Below, piece by piece: positions 27,691 through 37,823 of a DNA stretch of 64,000 bases. This DNA is from an uncultured Chloroflexia bacterium (GTDB taxonomy: Bacteria > Chloroflexota > Limnocylindria > Limnocylindrales > CSP1-4). Every line of letters begins with the position of its first letter. The stretch's first letter is position 1. The notes under the pieces are model-generated. The model saw nothing but the letters and a program-made list of their open reading frames with translations. It was not told where the DNA came from and searched no databases. A program made the position numbers and the translations under genes. The stretch spans positions 70,264 through 134,263 of the forward strand of contig CAVYQR010000006.1 of the NCBI GenBank assembly GCA_963770795.1. The letters run 5' to 3'.

Positions 27691-27942
27691 TCAGGACGGG
27701 CCCGTGATGAGCGCGGCGATGATGCCGAGCACGAACCCGAGCGCGATGATGCCGACGGTCATCGCGACCAGCAGTCGGACGTACTGACGCTCCCGGGCGA
27801 CGGTCTGCGAAAGGTCCGGGTCATCGCCACCGGCGATGTACGGCTGCTGGAGTCCGCGCTTGCGCGCGTGCTCGTTGCGGACGGCGTCGTACTGCTCGGG
27901 ATCGGGCGGCAGGGGGGTGGTTGCGGGGGCCGGATCGGTCAC
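27691..27942 (-). CDS. Small hypothetical membrane protein (83 aa)
   Basis: C-terminal TM segment; -10-like CATCAT 6 nt before GTG; stop 4 nt before the M20 start. Confidence 0.7.
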   Translation of the reverse strand: MTDPAPATTPLPPDPEQYDAVRNEHARKRGLQQPYIAGGDDPDLSQTVARERQYVRLLVAMTVGIIALGFVLGIIAALITGPS

Positions 27943-27990
27943 GTGGACATGATGCCCCGTGGCGGGCTTCGGTGCCGCCCGGTCGCGGGA

Positions 27991-28995
27991 TCAGCCCGCG
28001 TCGAAGAGCGGCCGGATGGAGTCCACGTCCGTCCTGCCCCGGGCGAGTGCGAGGCGCAGCAGGATGCGCGCCTTCCAGGGTTGGAGGTCGTCCGCGGTGA
28101 GCCAGCCCCGGGCAGCGAGCGACGGCACCCGGGGCACCCGCCCGGATCCGACGCGGGACGCCTGGCAGACGACGATGCCCGCGGCGGATGCCCGCTCGAG
28201 CGCCTCGATCTCGCCGGGCGTGGGGTAGCCGGCGCCCGTCCCCGCGCTCACGATCCCGCGGGCGCCCGCGGCGACTGCGGCATCGACCAGCGCGCCGTCC
28301 GCGCCCTGGTGGCTCACCACGACGTCCACGCGGGGGAGGGAGCGAAGGTCGGCGCCGGCGAAGGAGCCGCGCAGGGTGGTCCCCCGGGCGGGAAGATGGG
28401 CAAGCACCACGGTCCCGTCCGCGTCCACCCAGCCGAGCGGCCCGGCGGAGCCGTCCGCGAAGGCGTTCGTGCGGAGGGTGTTCGCCTTGGTCACGTCGCG
28501 TGCGCCGTGGATCGTGTCGTCCATCACGACCAGCGCACCCAGCCCGCAGGCCTCCGGCGACGCAGCCACGCGAACGGCATTGACCAGGTTGAGCGGCCCA
28601 TCGGCGGAGAGCGCGGAGGCGGGACGCATCGCGCCGGTGAGCACCATCGGCGCATCACCCGCTACCACGAGATGCAGGAGCCAGGCGGTCTCCTCGAGGG
28701 TGTTCGTCCCGTGCGTGATCACGATGCCGTCCGCCTCACCACGATCCCGGAGCCCCTGCACGAGCGCAACGAGGTCCGCGAGGTCATCGTCGGTGATCGC
28801 GTGGGCGCGGAGGCGGCGGAACGGGACCTCGCGCACCTCTGCGATCGCCGCCAGCTCCGGGGCAACCCCGCCCAGGAGCGCGCCGGGCTCCAGGCGCACG
28901 GCCGTGTCGAGGTACGCGGCAAGATCCAGCCGGTCCCTCCCGACCGAGTCGATGGTGCCGCCGGTCGTGACGACCACGATGCGGGGGAGGCTCAT
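27991..28995 (-). CDS. Asparaginase/glutaminase family protein
   Basis: TTGGTI, HGTNTLEET, TGAMRP...SADGPLNL, TKANT. Confidence 0.88.
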   Translation of the reverse strand: MSLPRIVVVTTGGTIDSVGRDRLDLAAYLDTAVRLEPGALLGGVAPELAAIAEVREVPFRRLRAHAITDDDLADLVALVQGLRDRGEADGIVITHGTNTLEETAWLLHLVVAGDAPMVLTGAMRPASALSADGPLNLVNAVRVAASPEACGLGALVVMDDTIHGARDVTKANTLRTNAFADGSAGPLGWVDADGTVVLAHLPARGTTLRGSFAGADLRSLPRVDVVVSHQGADGALVDAAVAAGARGIVSAGTGAGYPTPGEIEALERASAAGIVVCQASRVGSGRVPRVPSLAARGWLTADDLQPWKARILLRLALARGRTDVDSIRPLFDAG

Positions 28996-29005
28996 GCGGG
29001 GAGGC

Positions 29006-30013
29006 TCACGCGGGGAGGCCCTCGTCGGGCTGCCAGTGCGGTGCCCCGTCCGGGGGCGTGAACCCCGCCACCCGCGCGATCAGGCGGCGGATCCGCAGGC
29101 CTTCGACCGGTCCGAGGGCGTAGAGCGGCATCGGCCGCAGCCAGACCGCACTCCCGAGCGAGACCGCATCGGCGCCCGCCCAGAAGTACTCGCGGCAGTC
29201 GTCGAAGTCGCGGATGCCGCCGTTCGCGATGATCGGGAGGCGGAAGCCGGCGTCGCGCAGCTCGGCCACGACCCGCAGGCCGATCGGCTTGATCGCCCGT
29301 CCCGAGATCGCCCCGTACCGGTTCTTGAGGTAGGGCGCCCCCGTCTTCGGGTTGAGCCGCAGGCCCTTCACCGTGTTGATGGCCGTGATCGCGGCACAGC
29401 CGTGCGTGGCCGCCAGGTTCGCCTGCCAGTGGTAGTCCTCGTCCGGGCTGACCTTGAGGATCACCGGGTGGCGGCTCCGGGGAACCGCACGGCGGAGCGC
29501 CTCCTCCAGGATCGTCCCGAACGGGAAGTTGACGTTGTGGCACGAGGCGTTCAGCTCAACCGCGGCGATCTCGCCGGGCTTCGCCCGCTCGTTCACCGTC
29601 TCGATCAGCTGCTCGATCTCGTCCGCGGAGAAGCCACCCACCGAAACGATCCGGTTGAGGTGCGCCGTCCGACCGAAGTACTCGTCGAAGTAGCGCTCGA
29701 TGCCGATGTTCGACCAGCCGAAGGCATTGAGCCAGCCGCCGTCGACCTTGTGGAGCGCCCGCCCATAGAGCCGGAGCATCTCGGGGAAGTCGCGCAGGCC
29801 CCAGTCCTCGCGGAGCGTGAAGTGACCCTCGCGCGGTTGGAGGCTGACGGTCCGCGTGGTCACGGCGCCGAATCGCTCCAGCGGCACCCACTGGGCGATG
29901 GGGGAAAGGCCGTACAGGATCAGCCGGTTCTTGCCAGCGCCGTAGCCCAGGAGGCTGGCGCTGGTCAGCAGGCGGTTGCGGAGGCGGATCCCATTGAGGT
30001 CGATGGTGGGCAC
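29006..30013 (-). CDS. Divergent class-1 dihydroorotate dehydrogenase-like flavoprotein
   Basis: LNAFGWSNIG, ELNASCHN, ILKVSPD, AINT, GAISGRAIKPI, IANGGI, GADAVSLGS; contains an atypical insertion. Confidence 0.7.
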   Translation of the reverse strand: MPTIDLNGIRLRNRLLTSASLLGYGAGKNRLILYGLSPIAQWVPLERFGAVTTRTVSLQPREGHFTLREDWGLRDFPEMLRLYGRALHKVDGGWLNAFGWSNIGIERYFDEYFGRTAHLNRIVSVGGFSADEIEQLIETVNERAKPGEIAAVELNASCHNVNFPFGTILEEALRRAVPRSRHPVILKVSPDEDYHWQANLAATHGCAAITAINTVKGLRLNPKTGAPYLKNRYGAISGRAIKPIGLRVVAELRDAGFRLPIIANGGIRDFDDCREYFWAGADAVSLGSAVWLRPMPLYALGPVEGLRIRRLIARVAGFTPPDGAPHWQPDEGLPA

Positions 30014-30129
30014 GGGGGAAGTATGCCCGGCGCCGGGTGGGCCTCAGGCGGCCCGGGCGCGTTCGGCCGCCCCTGGGTGCGTGCGGTCGCGCTGGGGCGC
30101 GTGCGGCTCCCTGTCACGCGCCCAGCATG

Positions 30130-30277
30130 TGGGCACTCGCCAGCGGATCGAGCCGCAGAGGGGTGGGGGCTTCCTCCGTCGGGCGGCGAACGGTCCTCAT
30201 CGCCCGCCTCGCGGGCATCTGGCGCTGGAGCGGCGAGCAGGCCAGACGAAGGCAGCCGGCTCGGTGGCGAGTGCCCA
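30130..30277. repeat. Long palindromic element A (148 bp)
   Basis: 13-bp perfect terminal IR TGGGCACTCGCCA / TGGCGAGTGCCCA, nested GAGCCG/CGGCTC stem; followed by GGTCG. Confidence 0.65.
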
Positions 30278-30380
30278 GGTCGTGGGCGTCCGGCAGGCGG
30301 CGGCCCCATGGCGCGCGGGCGACATCGACGATCGGGCCGCCGCCCCCTTGAATGCGAGCGCTCAGATCCTGTATCGCTTG

Positions 30381-30402
30381 GTACGAACTGATAGCATCGT
30401 AC
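30381..30402 (+). promoter_or_regulatory. Palindromic operator upstream of the antitoxin gene
   Basis: GTACGA-N10-TCGTAC, 5 nt before the ATG; AT-richer than the surroundings. Confidence 0.55.
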
Positions 30403-30407
30403 ATATC

Positions 30408-30692
30408 ATGTCTAGTCGAGTAGGCGAGCGCGGTCAGATCACGATCGAGAAGGCGATCCGCGAGGAGCTGGCGATCTACGCGGGGGACGAGACCGTCCAG
30501 CGCGTGGAGGACGGCCGGATCGTTATCGAGATCGTCCCCGGACGGCACCGGCGATCGCTGGCCGGCTCCCTGCGCGACAAGGCCGGTCGCACGCCACCCG
30601 ACGAATCGTGGGAGGCGCTGCGGGCCGCGGCCTGGGCGACACCGGACCCGGCCTGGAACACACCCGCCGTTGAGCGCGAGGAGGACGGGTGA
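30408..30692 (+). CDS. vapB: AbrB/MazE/SpoVT-family antitoxin
   Basis: MSSRVGERGQITIEKAIREEL...GDE; overlaps the PIN gene (GTGA). Confidence 0.85.
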   Translation: MSSRVGERGQITIEKAIREELAIYAGDETVQRVEDGRIVIEIVPGRHRRSLAGSLRDKAGRTPPDESWEALRAAAWATPDPAWNTPAVEREEDG

Positions 30693-31096
30693 TTGCCGCC
30701 GATACGTCCGTGCTCGTCCGGTACCTGGTTGGGTCACCCGCTGCCGAAGCGCGGCGCGCCGCCCGCCTGATCGACGCCGACGACCGCGTGATCGGCGTGT
30801 CGCCGGTCGCCCTGGCGGAGTGTGCCCACGTGCTCCGGACGCAGTACGAGGTTCCCCAGCACGACATCATCGACAGCCTCATCGAGCTCGTCCAGCGCGA
30901 AAACGTCCGGGTGCTGGGCCTGCGGGCGGATGCGCTGGTGGAGATGCTCGTGCGAGCCCGCGGGATGCCCGGTCGGCCCATTCCGGACGCGATGATCGTC
31001 GCCGCGGCGATGGTCTCTGATGCGACCGCGCTCGCGACCTTCGATCGCGGACAGGCCCGCTACGGCTACCCGGTGGAGGTGCCCCCGGTGTCGTGA
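30689..31096 (+). CDS. vapC: PIN-domain toxin
   Basis: IAADTSVL, ALAEC, IPDAMI, LATFD acidic PIN motifs. Confidence 0.88.
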   Translation: MIAADTSVLVRYLVGSPAAEARRAARLIDADDRVIGVSPVALAECAHVLRTQYEVPQHDIIDSLIELVQRENVRVLGLRADALVEMLVRARGMPGRPIPDAMIVAAAMVSDATALATFDRGQARYGYPVEVPPVS

Positions 31097-31119
31097 CCGT
31101 CCCCGTCCGGCGCCTGCGG

Positions 31120-32082
31120 TCAGTCCTGCGGCGCGAGGGGACCCCGCAGCGTGAGCACGTCTGGGATCGGGCGGTAGCCCAGGCGGGCGTTCACGGCGCG
31201 CATCGGGGCGTTCGCCTCGTCGTTGCCGGTATCCAGCCTCTCAAGACCGTGTTCCACTGCCCAGGCGATCGTCGCGCGCTTGAGCGCGCCGGCGATCCCG
31301 CGGCCCCGGAAGGCACGCCGGACCGCTGTCATGTCGTGGTACGCGACGGTCGTGCTCCCGGCCGAGTAGCAGAGGCTGGCGTAGCCCGCGACCTCGCCGG
31401 ACGCGTCGTCCTGGGCAACGAAGAGCGCGTCCTTCGGGATCCCGACGCGGTCCACATCGCGGGCCGCGAAATCCTCGAGCGAGCCGACGTGGACCGGCTC
31501 GTCCTGCGGGATGTCGGGGAAGGTGTCGAGCGCCACCGCGTGCACCTCGGGGATGAGGTCCGGCCGCGCCGCGATGCTCTCGATGCGGATCCCGGCGGGA
31601 GCCCGGACCTCGGGTGGTGTGAGGCCGGCAAGGTCAAGCCGGACCATCTTGGCCCGGTCGACCTGGACAAAGCCGCGGTTGGCCAGGAACCGGTGTCCGG
31701 CGGTCTGATCCTCCGAGAGCGCGGTCTCGAACCCGGACTTGGCGGCCGCCCGCGCCACGTCGCTGATCGCGGCGTACAGCGCGGAGCCGGTACCGCGGTT
31801 GCGCGCCTCCGGTACCACCCAGATCCCCAGCCAGAAGCGCTCGTAGCCGCGCTCGTGCGTCCAGATCCTGCCGGTCGACGCGGTTCCAACTGGCTTGCCG
31901 TCCGGCTCCTCGGCCAGGAAGTGGCTGATCTCGCCGGGGTACGTCGCGACCTCCCAGCGGACGTGCTCGAGCGAATCGGTGTTCTCGGGCGCGACCGCGT
32001 TCCGGATACGGACGTATGACTCGAGGGCGGCCGTGTCCTCGAGATCGATGTGCCGCAGCGCTGCCGGGCGTTGGCCAGTCAT
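31120..32082 (-). CDS. Tandem GNAT acetyltransferase
   Basis: Two acetyl-CoA loops (VVPEARNRGTGSAL; VRRAFRGRGIAGALK); NAPMRAVNARLGY. Confidence 0.85.
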   Translation of the reverse strand: MTGQRPAALRHIDLEDTAALESYVRIRNAVAPENTDSLEHVRWEVATYPGEISHFLAEEPDGKPVGTASTGRIWTHERGYERFWLGIWVVPEARNRGTGSALYAAISDVARAAAKSGFETALSEDQTAGHRFLANRGFVQVDRAKMVRLDLAGLTPPEVRAPAGIRIESIAARPDLIPEVHAVALDTFPDIPQDEPVHVGSLEDFAARDVDRVGIPKDALFVAQDDASGEVAGYASLCYSAGSTTVAYHDMTAVRRAFRGRGIAGALKRATIAWAVEHGLERLDTGNDEANAPMRAVNARLGYRPIPDVLTLRGPLAPQD

Positions 32083-32085
32083 GAC

Positions 32086-32970
32086 CTAGCCGAGCTCCGA
32101 ACGCAGCGGCCCCAGCACGTCGTGGTGAGCGTCCTCGAGCGCCCTCGGCCCCAGTGCCGCCGGCACCCCGATGATCATCTCCGTGGCCCCGGCCGCGACC
32201 AGCGTCCGTGCCTGCCGCAGCGCTCGCGCCCGCGAGGCCGCGTCGCGCCCCGTGTGGACCTGGCCCACGAGCTCGAACGTCGCCGGATCGCGCCCCTCCG
32301 CCTCGAGCGCCTGCAGGATGGCGTCGCGCTTCTCCGTGAAGCGTGCGACGTCGCCCGCGTCGATCCCGGTCTGCAGCCAGCCGGCCGCCCGACGGGCCGC
32401 CAGCGCGATGCCGCGCGGCTTCTGGCCGCCCAGGAAGATCGGCGGACCGCCCGGGGTGAGGGGCGCGGGCGCATTGACGGCGCCGCTGAGCGGGTAGAAC
32501 GGGTCCGCACGGGTGATGCCGGGCGCCGCCGCCGCCTCTGGCGAGAACAGAAGCCTCAGCACCTCCACGGCGGAGACCAGGCGGTCGATGCGCTCGCCGA
32601 TCGGCGCCAGCGGGATGCCGAAGGGCTCATGCTCGCCCTCGTACCAGCCGGCGCCAAGGCCCAGCACGAGCCGCCCGCCGGTGGCGTGGTCGAGCACCGT
32701 GGCCGCCTTCGCGAGCAGGACCGGGTGGCGGAACGTGTTCGAGAGCACGGCGTGGCCCACCCGCAACCCCGGCACGCGGTGGACGAGGGTCGCCAGCAGC
32801 GTCAGCGCCTCGAGCGACGGCCCGGGCGCGTCCGGGTCCAGGTCCGTGAGGTGGTCATTGAGCCACGCTCCATCGAACCCGCCGAGCTCCCCGGCCAGCG
32901 TCCAGGTAGCGTCGAGCGTCGCCCAGTCCACCCGTTGCGGCGACGTCTTGAACGAGATCCGCAGCGGCAT
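32086..32970 (-). CDS. LLM-class (luciferase-like, probably F420- or FMN-dependent) oxidoreductase
   Basis: FDGAWLNDHL, FRHPVLLAKAATVLDHATGGRLVLGLGAGW, PPIFLGG. Confidence 0.88.
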   Translation of the reverse strand: MPLRISFKTSPQRVDWATLDATWTLAGELGGFDGAWLNDHLTDLDPDAPGPSLEALTLLATLVHRVPGLRVGHAVLSNTFRHPVLLAKAATVLDHATGGRLVLGLGAGWYEGEHEPFGIPLAPIGERIDRLVSAVEVLRLLFSPEAAAAPGITRADPFYPLSGAVNAPAPLTPGGPPIFLGGQKPRGIALAARRAAGWLQTGIDAGDVARFTEKRDAILQALEAEGRDPATFELVGQVHTGRDAASRARALRQARTLVAAGATEMIIGVPAALGPRALEDAHHDVLGPLRSELG

Positions 32971-32978
32971 CAGGCCCG

Positions 32979-34727
32979 TCAGCCCTCGGTCCGCGAGGCC
33001 AGGGCCCGCCGCAACTGGGACCCACTCGTGATCGCGCCTTCGGATGCCGAGGAGACGAGCGCTGCGTACTTGGCCATCACCCCGCTGGTGTACCGGGGCG
33101 CGGGCGCCGACCAGCGGGCGCGCCGCTCCGCAAGGATCGCGGCGTCAACCTCGAGGTTGAGCTCGTGGGCATCGACGTCGATCACGATCGAGTCGCCCTC
33201 CTCGACCAGTGCGATCGGGCCGCCCACCGCCGCCTCGGGAGCCACGTGGCCGAGCATCAGCCCGTGGGTGCCCCCCGAGAACCGGCCGTCTGTCAGCAGC
33301 GCGACCGATTCGCCCAGGCCCTCGCCGACCAGGGCCCCCGTGACGGACAGCATCTCCTGCATGCCCGGACCACCGATCGGACCCTCGTACCGGATCACCA
33401 CCACGTCACCCGCATGGATCTTCCGATCGCGGACGGCGGCGAAGCACTCCACCTCGGAATCGAAGACGCGGGCAGGGCCGCGGTGGAACCGGCGCTCGTG
33501 GCCGGCCAGCTTCACGATGCACCCCTCCGGCGCGAGGCTGCCCTTGAGGATCGCCTGGCCGCCCGTCGCCTTGATGGGCGTCTCGATCGGGTGCACGACC
33601 TGCTGGCCCGGCGTCTCGACGACATCGGCGGCGATCTTCGCGATCGTCCGCCCGTCCACGGTCCGCTCCGCGCCGTGGAGCAGATCCTGCTTGAGGAGCT
33701 CCCGCATGACGAGCGCCACGCCGCCGGCGTCGTACATGTCCGCCGCGGCGTACCGGCCGCCGGGGCGCATGTCCGCAATCAGCGGGGTCCGGTCCACGAC
33801 CGCCGAGAAGTCGTCGAGGGTCAACGGGATCCCGAACTCGGCCGCGATGGCCGGCATGTGGAGCGCCGCGTTGGTGCTGCCGCCCGTGGCCGACACGGAC
33901 GCGATCGCGTTCTCCAGGGCGTTCCGGGTGACGATGGACGACGGCCGGATGTCGTGGTGGACCAGGGTCATCACCAGCTCGCCCGCGCGCCGGGCGGCCT
34001 CGTCCTTCTTCGGGTCCTCGGCGGGGATGCCGTTCAGACCCGCGGGGGACAGGCCCAGGAACTCCAGGGCGGTGGACATCGTGTTGGCCGTGAACTGGCC
34101 GCCGCACGCCCCGGCGCCCGGGCAGGCGCCGTTCTCGGCCTCATACAGATCATCCAGCGTGATCCTGCCGGCGCGGTAGGCGCCGATCGCCTCGAAGACC
34201 GTGACCACGTCGGCGGGCTTGCCCTTGTAGGTGCCCGGCATGATCGTGCCGTTGTAGAGCACGAGGCCCGGGATGTCGAGGCGGCCCAGGGCCATGGCAC
34301 CGGCCGGGATCGTCTTGTCGCAGCCCACCAGGCAGACCAGGCCGTCGAACAGGTGGCCGCGTGCGACAAGCTCGATCGAGTCCGCGATGACCTCGCGGCT
34401 GACCAGCGATGCCTTCATGCCCTCGGTGCCCATCGACACGCCATCGCTGATCGAGATCGTGCCGAACTCCATCGGCGTGCCCCCGGCCGCCCGGATCCCC
34501 TCCTTGACGAACTCCGCCAACCGCCGCTGGTTGAGGTTGCAGGGCATCGTCTCGATCCACGTCGTGGCGACGCCGATGATCGGCTGGGCCAGGTCCTCGT
34601 CCGTGAACCCGACGGCCTTGAGCATCGCTCGTGCCGCGGCACGGTCCGGGCCGTCGGTCAGCGCGTGGCTGTGCCGCTTGCCGGGGTCGGTGGGGCGGGA
34701 GTAGGGGAGCTGGCGATCGGCGGACAT
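32979..34727 (-). CDS. ilvD: Dihydroxy-acid dehydratase
   Basis: [42 protein letters not shown]. Start ATG 34727. Confidence 0.95.
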   Translation of the reverse strand: MSADRQLPYSRPTDPGKRHSHALTDGPDRAAARAMLKAVGFTDEDLAQPIIGVATTWIETMPCNLNQRRLAEFVKEGIRAAGGTPMEFGTISISDGVSMGTEGMKASLVSREVIADSIELVARGHLFDGLVCLVGCDKTIPAGAMALGRLDIPGLVLYNGTIMPGTYKGKPADVVTVFEAIGAYRAGRITLDDLYEAENGACPGAGACGGQFTANTMSTALEFLGLSPAGLNGIPAEDPKKDEAARRAGELVMTLVHHDIRPSSIVTRNALENAIASVSATGGSTNAALHMPAIAAEFGIPLTLDDFSAVVDRTPLIADMRPGGRYAAADMYDAGGVALVMRELLKQDLLHGAERTVDGRTIAKIAADVVETPGQQVVHPIETPIKATGGQAILKGSLAPEGCIVKLAGHERRFHRGPARVFDSEVECFAAVRDRKIHAGDVVVIRYEGPIGGPGMQEMLSVTGALVGEGLGESVALLTDGRFSGGTHGLMLGHVAPEAAVGGPIALVEEGDSIVIDVDAHELNLEVDAAILAERRARWSAPAPRYTSGVMAKYAALVSSASEGAITSGSQLRRALASRTEG

Positions 34728-34807
34728 GGTTTCCTCGCGGGGCAACGGGGCGGAAGGGCGATGAGCGGATGAGCTCGTTCGGGGCCCAGTATCGCCGGTC
34801 CGGGCCC

Positions 34808-36523
34808 TCAGGACGAGGCGGCGCGATCCTCTACCCAGGCCGAGACGACGTCGCGCAGCGTCGCGAGGGGGAGCGCACCGCTGCCAAGGACGACATCGTG
34901 GAAGCCGCGGATGTCGAAGCCCGGCCCCAGCCTCTCGCGCGCCTCCGCGCGCAGCCGCAGCAGCTCCAGCTGGCCGGTCTTGTAGGCGAGGGCCTGGCCG
35001 GGCATGACGATGTAGCGGTCGACCTCGTTGGCGATGTTGTCGGACGCGAGCGCCGTGTGCTCGTGCATGAAGGCGATGGCGCGGTCGCGAGGCCAGCCCA
35101 GGGCGTGCATCCCCGTATCCACCACCAGGCGCGCCGCCCGCCAGGCGTCGAACGAGAGGACGCCGATCCGGTCCAGGTCCCCCGTGTAGAGGCGCATGTC
35201 GTCCGCGAGCCGCTCCGTGTACAGGCCCCAGCCCTCGAAGAACGCAGTTGGCCCGAGATGCTTCCGGAACTCCGGCAGGTGCGCCAGCTCCTGGCCGATG
35301 GCGACCTGGAGGTGGTGGCCCGGGATCGACTCGTGGTAGGCGAGGGCCTCCGCCTCGTAGCGCGGTCTGGTCTGCGGTGACGACGTGTTGAGGTAGTACT
35401 GGCCCGGCCGGGAGCCGTCCGCCGCGGGCGGGCGGTAGTAGGCAATGGTGGAGTGGACCTCCTCGTGGGGGCCCATCCGGGAGACCTCGCAGGGTGCCTG
35501 CGGCAGGCGGCCGAACCAGTCCGGGATCGCCGCGGCGGCACGCGCCAGGCTGGAGGCCGCCTTCTCGAAGACCTCGTCCCGGGTCGAGAAGTACAGAGCC
35601 GGGTCGCCGCGCAAGGCCGCGAGCGCTTCCGCGAGGGAAGACGTTCCCAGGGTGCGGCCGGCCAGGGCGTCCATCTCGGCATCGATCCGGGCGATCTCCT
35701 CCAGGCCGATCCGGTGGATCTCCTCCACGTCGAGGTCCAGGGACGTGTGGACGCGGACGAGCCCGCGATACCCGGCCAGGCCGCCGTCCACGTGGCACAT
35801 GCCCGGCCGATCCGCGGGACGTGACGCGGGCAGGATCTCCGCGACGAGCGCGTCGTGAAGGCGGGCAAAGGCCGGGCGGATCTCGAGGTCGACGGCGTCC
35901 CGCAGGCCGGCGGCGAACCGCTCGCGGTCCGCGGTGGTCCAGCCCGGGAGTGCGTCCACGCCCGCGAGGGGCGCCAGCAGCGGCCACTCCTCGGTGGGGG
36001 TGCCGAGGATTTCGGCCAGGATGGCGGTCGTCCGCTCCGCGGGAGCGCGACATGCCACGCGCCCGTCCGCCAGGCTGCGCCGGAGCGAGGCCAGATGATC
36101 GTCCGTGTAGACCGCCATTCCCCGCCAGCGGGCGACCATGTGGCCGCCGTCATCGGGCGTCTCGAGCCGCTGGTAGTCGGGGACGTTGAGGAGGTTCACC
36201 GGGACGCCCTCGAGCGGGTCCACGTTCCACTCGGCCAGACCCGCGTCAAGGTCGGCAAGATCGGCGGCCACCGCCTCCCGCAGGGCGTCGCGGGTCACCC
36301 GGTCCTCGGTCCCGAAGGCGCTCCGGTCCAGCACGTCGACGTCCGCGAGCAGCCCGGCATAGCGGGTGCGCGCGGCGGCGATTCCCGCGGGGGACCGATC
36401 GGGGAGGCGGTCGTCGAAGCGCGCGTCTCCAAGCGACGTCGCGAACAGCGGGTTGGTCTCGAGGAAGGTCTCCCAGTAGGCGCCGGCGAGGGTGCCCAAC
36501 ATGGTCCGACCAGTGTCGCCCAT
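34808..36523 (-). CDS. DUF885 family protein (probable metallopeptidase)
   Basis: [38 protein letters not shown]...[10 protein letters not shown]. Start coupled to the upstream stop (TGATG). Confidence 0.9.
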   Translation of the reverse strand: MGDTGRTMLGTLAGAYWETFLETNPLFATSLGDARFDDRLPDRSPAGIAAARTRYAGLLADVDVLDRSAFGTEDRVTRDALREAVAADLADLDAGLAEWNVDPLEGVPVNLLNVPDYQRLETPDDGGHMVARWRGMAVYTDDHLASLRRSLADGRVACRAPAERTTAILAEILGTPTEEWPLLAPLAGVDALPGWTTADRERFAAGLRDAVDLEIRPAFARLHDALVAEILPASRPADRPGMCHVDGGLAGYRGLVRVHTSLDLDVEEIHRIGLEEIARIDAEMDALAGRTLGTSSLAEALAALRGDPALYFSTRDEVFEKAASSLARAAAAIPDWFGRLPQAPCEVSRMGPHEEVHSTIAYYRPPAADGSRPGQYYLNTSSPQTRPRYEAEALAYHESIPGHHLQVAIGQELAHLPEFRKHLGPTAFFEGWGLYTERLADDMRLYTGDLDRIGVLSFDAWRAARLVVDTGMHALGWPRDRAIAFMHEHTALASDNIANEVDRYIVMPGQALAYKTGQLELLRLRAEARERLGPGFDIRGFHDVVLGSGALPLATLRDVVSAWVEDRAASS

Positions 36524-37698
36524 CACCGGACGCACTCCCCGACGTTGGCAGAGCCCGTCCGGCCGAGGCCCGGCGCGATGCGGGTCGCAACCGAGGTCGG
36601 CGTCAGCGCGTAGCCCACGGCGGGATCGGTCCGCGACTCGGCGAACATGAGGCCCCCGACCGTCCCGTCCCGGAGCACCAGCGGCCCGCCGGAGTCGCCC
36701 GGATCCACCGCGGCGCGCAGCTCGAGGATCTGGCGCGTGATGCGCGCGTCACCATAGATGTCGCGCCCCGTTGCCGGGTAGCTGCCGGTGACAGCCGCCG
36801 GGAGCACCACCAGCGGTCCGCCGCCCGCATACCCGAGGGCGACGCCCGTCGCCCCGCGCTTGGGGTCCGCGGCCGCAAACCGCAGCGGCGTGCCCTCGAG
36901 GCCCGGAGCGTAGAGCAACGCCACGTCCAGGTCCGGGTCGAAGAGGACGGGCGTGGCGTCCGCGACATCGGAGCCGATGGTGACGCGGATGGTCGTGCCG
37001 CCTGCCACCACGTGGGCGTTCGTGACCACGTAGCCCTTGGCGACCAGGACCCCGGAGCCGTTGACCTGGATCCCGCAGGCCTTGGTGGCGATGCGCGCCG
37101 TGCCGGCCCGGGCGGCGCGGGCGATTCGCTCCGTCTCGGGGCGGGACGGCGTCTCCACCGCCATCAGCGGGATCGGCTCGAGACCGATGAACACGTCCGG
37201 CAGGCCGGAGCTGTCGAGGGCGCCGGCGATCTCGCCCACGACCTCCGTCGGCGCGGGCAGGTAGGTGTCCAGGAGGCGCACCGAGAACGACCCGGTGGCG
37301 GCGCGGGCCGGGGCGGGGAACGGCCCGATCGCGAGGAGCCCACCCACCAGCCAGATGATCAGGAGGGCCTGGACGGCTCCCAGGAGCCCGCCGAAGATCC
37401 GGTCCATGCTCGTCAGGGCGCCAGGAGAGACACGATCCGCAAGCATCTGCCCCGCCCCGGAGCCGATCGCCTCGCCCGCGATCACCGCACCGAGCGTGAG
37501 CCCCAGGACCACGAGGGCTCGCGGGATGGGCTCCAGGGACCCGGTGGCGTCCAGGAGCCAGGGGGCGAGGTTCAGGATGATGACGATGCCGAGGATCGCA
37601 CCGGAGATGCCACCGACCTGGGGCAGGGCCCCGGTGCGGGCGCCGGCCATGACGGCGAGCACGAGAAGGCCGAGGGCGGCGAGGTCGAACAGGTTCAC
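36523..37698 (-). CDS. marP: MarP-family membrane-anchored serine protease (CvpA TM plus trypsin domain)
   Basis: Four N-terminal TMs; TNAHVV, DVA, GDSGGP; two Cys (KACG, GECV). Confidence 0.88.
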   Translation of the reverse strand: MNLFDLAALGLLVLAVMAGARTGALPQVGGISGAILGIVIILNLAPWLLDATGSLEPIPRALVVLGLTLGAVIAGEAIGSGAGQMLADRVSPGALTSMDRIFGGLLGAVQALLIIWLVGGLLAIGPFPAPARAATGSFSVRLLDTYLPAPTEVVGEIAGALDSSGLPDVFIGLEPIPLMAVETPSRPETERIARAARAGTARIATKACGIQVNGSGVLVAKGYVVTNAHVVAGGTTIRVTIGSDVADATPVLFDPDLDVALLYAPGLEGTPLRFAAADPKRGATGVALGYAGGGPLVVLPAAVTGSYPATGRDIYGDARITRQILELRAAVDPGDSGGPLVLRDGTVGGLMFAESRTDPAVGYALTPTSVATRIAPGLGRTGSANVGECVR

Positions 37699-37823
37699 CG
37701 GGCGAGTATCGGCGAGGAATGCGATGGGCGCCGCCGCGGGGCTGCTGGCGGGCCTGCTCGCGGGGCGATCTCGTCCGCTGTTCCCTCCGCGATCCGGCGC
37801 CGGCCGTCAGTCGGCGCCGGCCG

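Noticed and set aside
28981-29023. About 14-nt tandem repeat (GCGGGGAGGCTCA) at the DHOD-like/asparaginase junction
   Set aside because: Short GC-rich local duplication with no evident function.
30226-30258. CAGG...AAGGCAGCC resembling the SRP RNA domain IV
   Set aside because: Lacks the GGAA tetraloop and AGCAG geometry, and is not at a hairpin apex.
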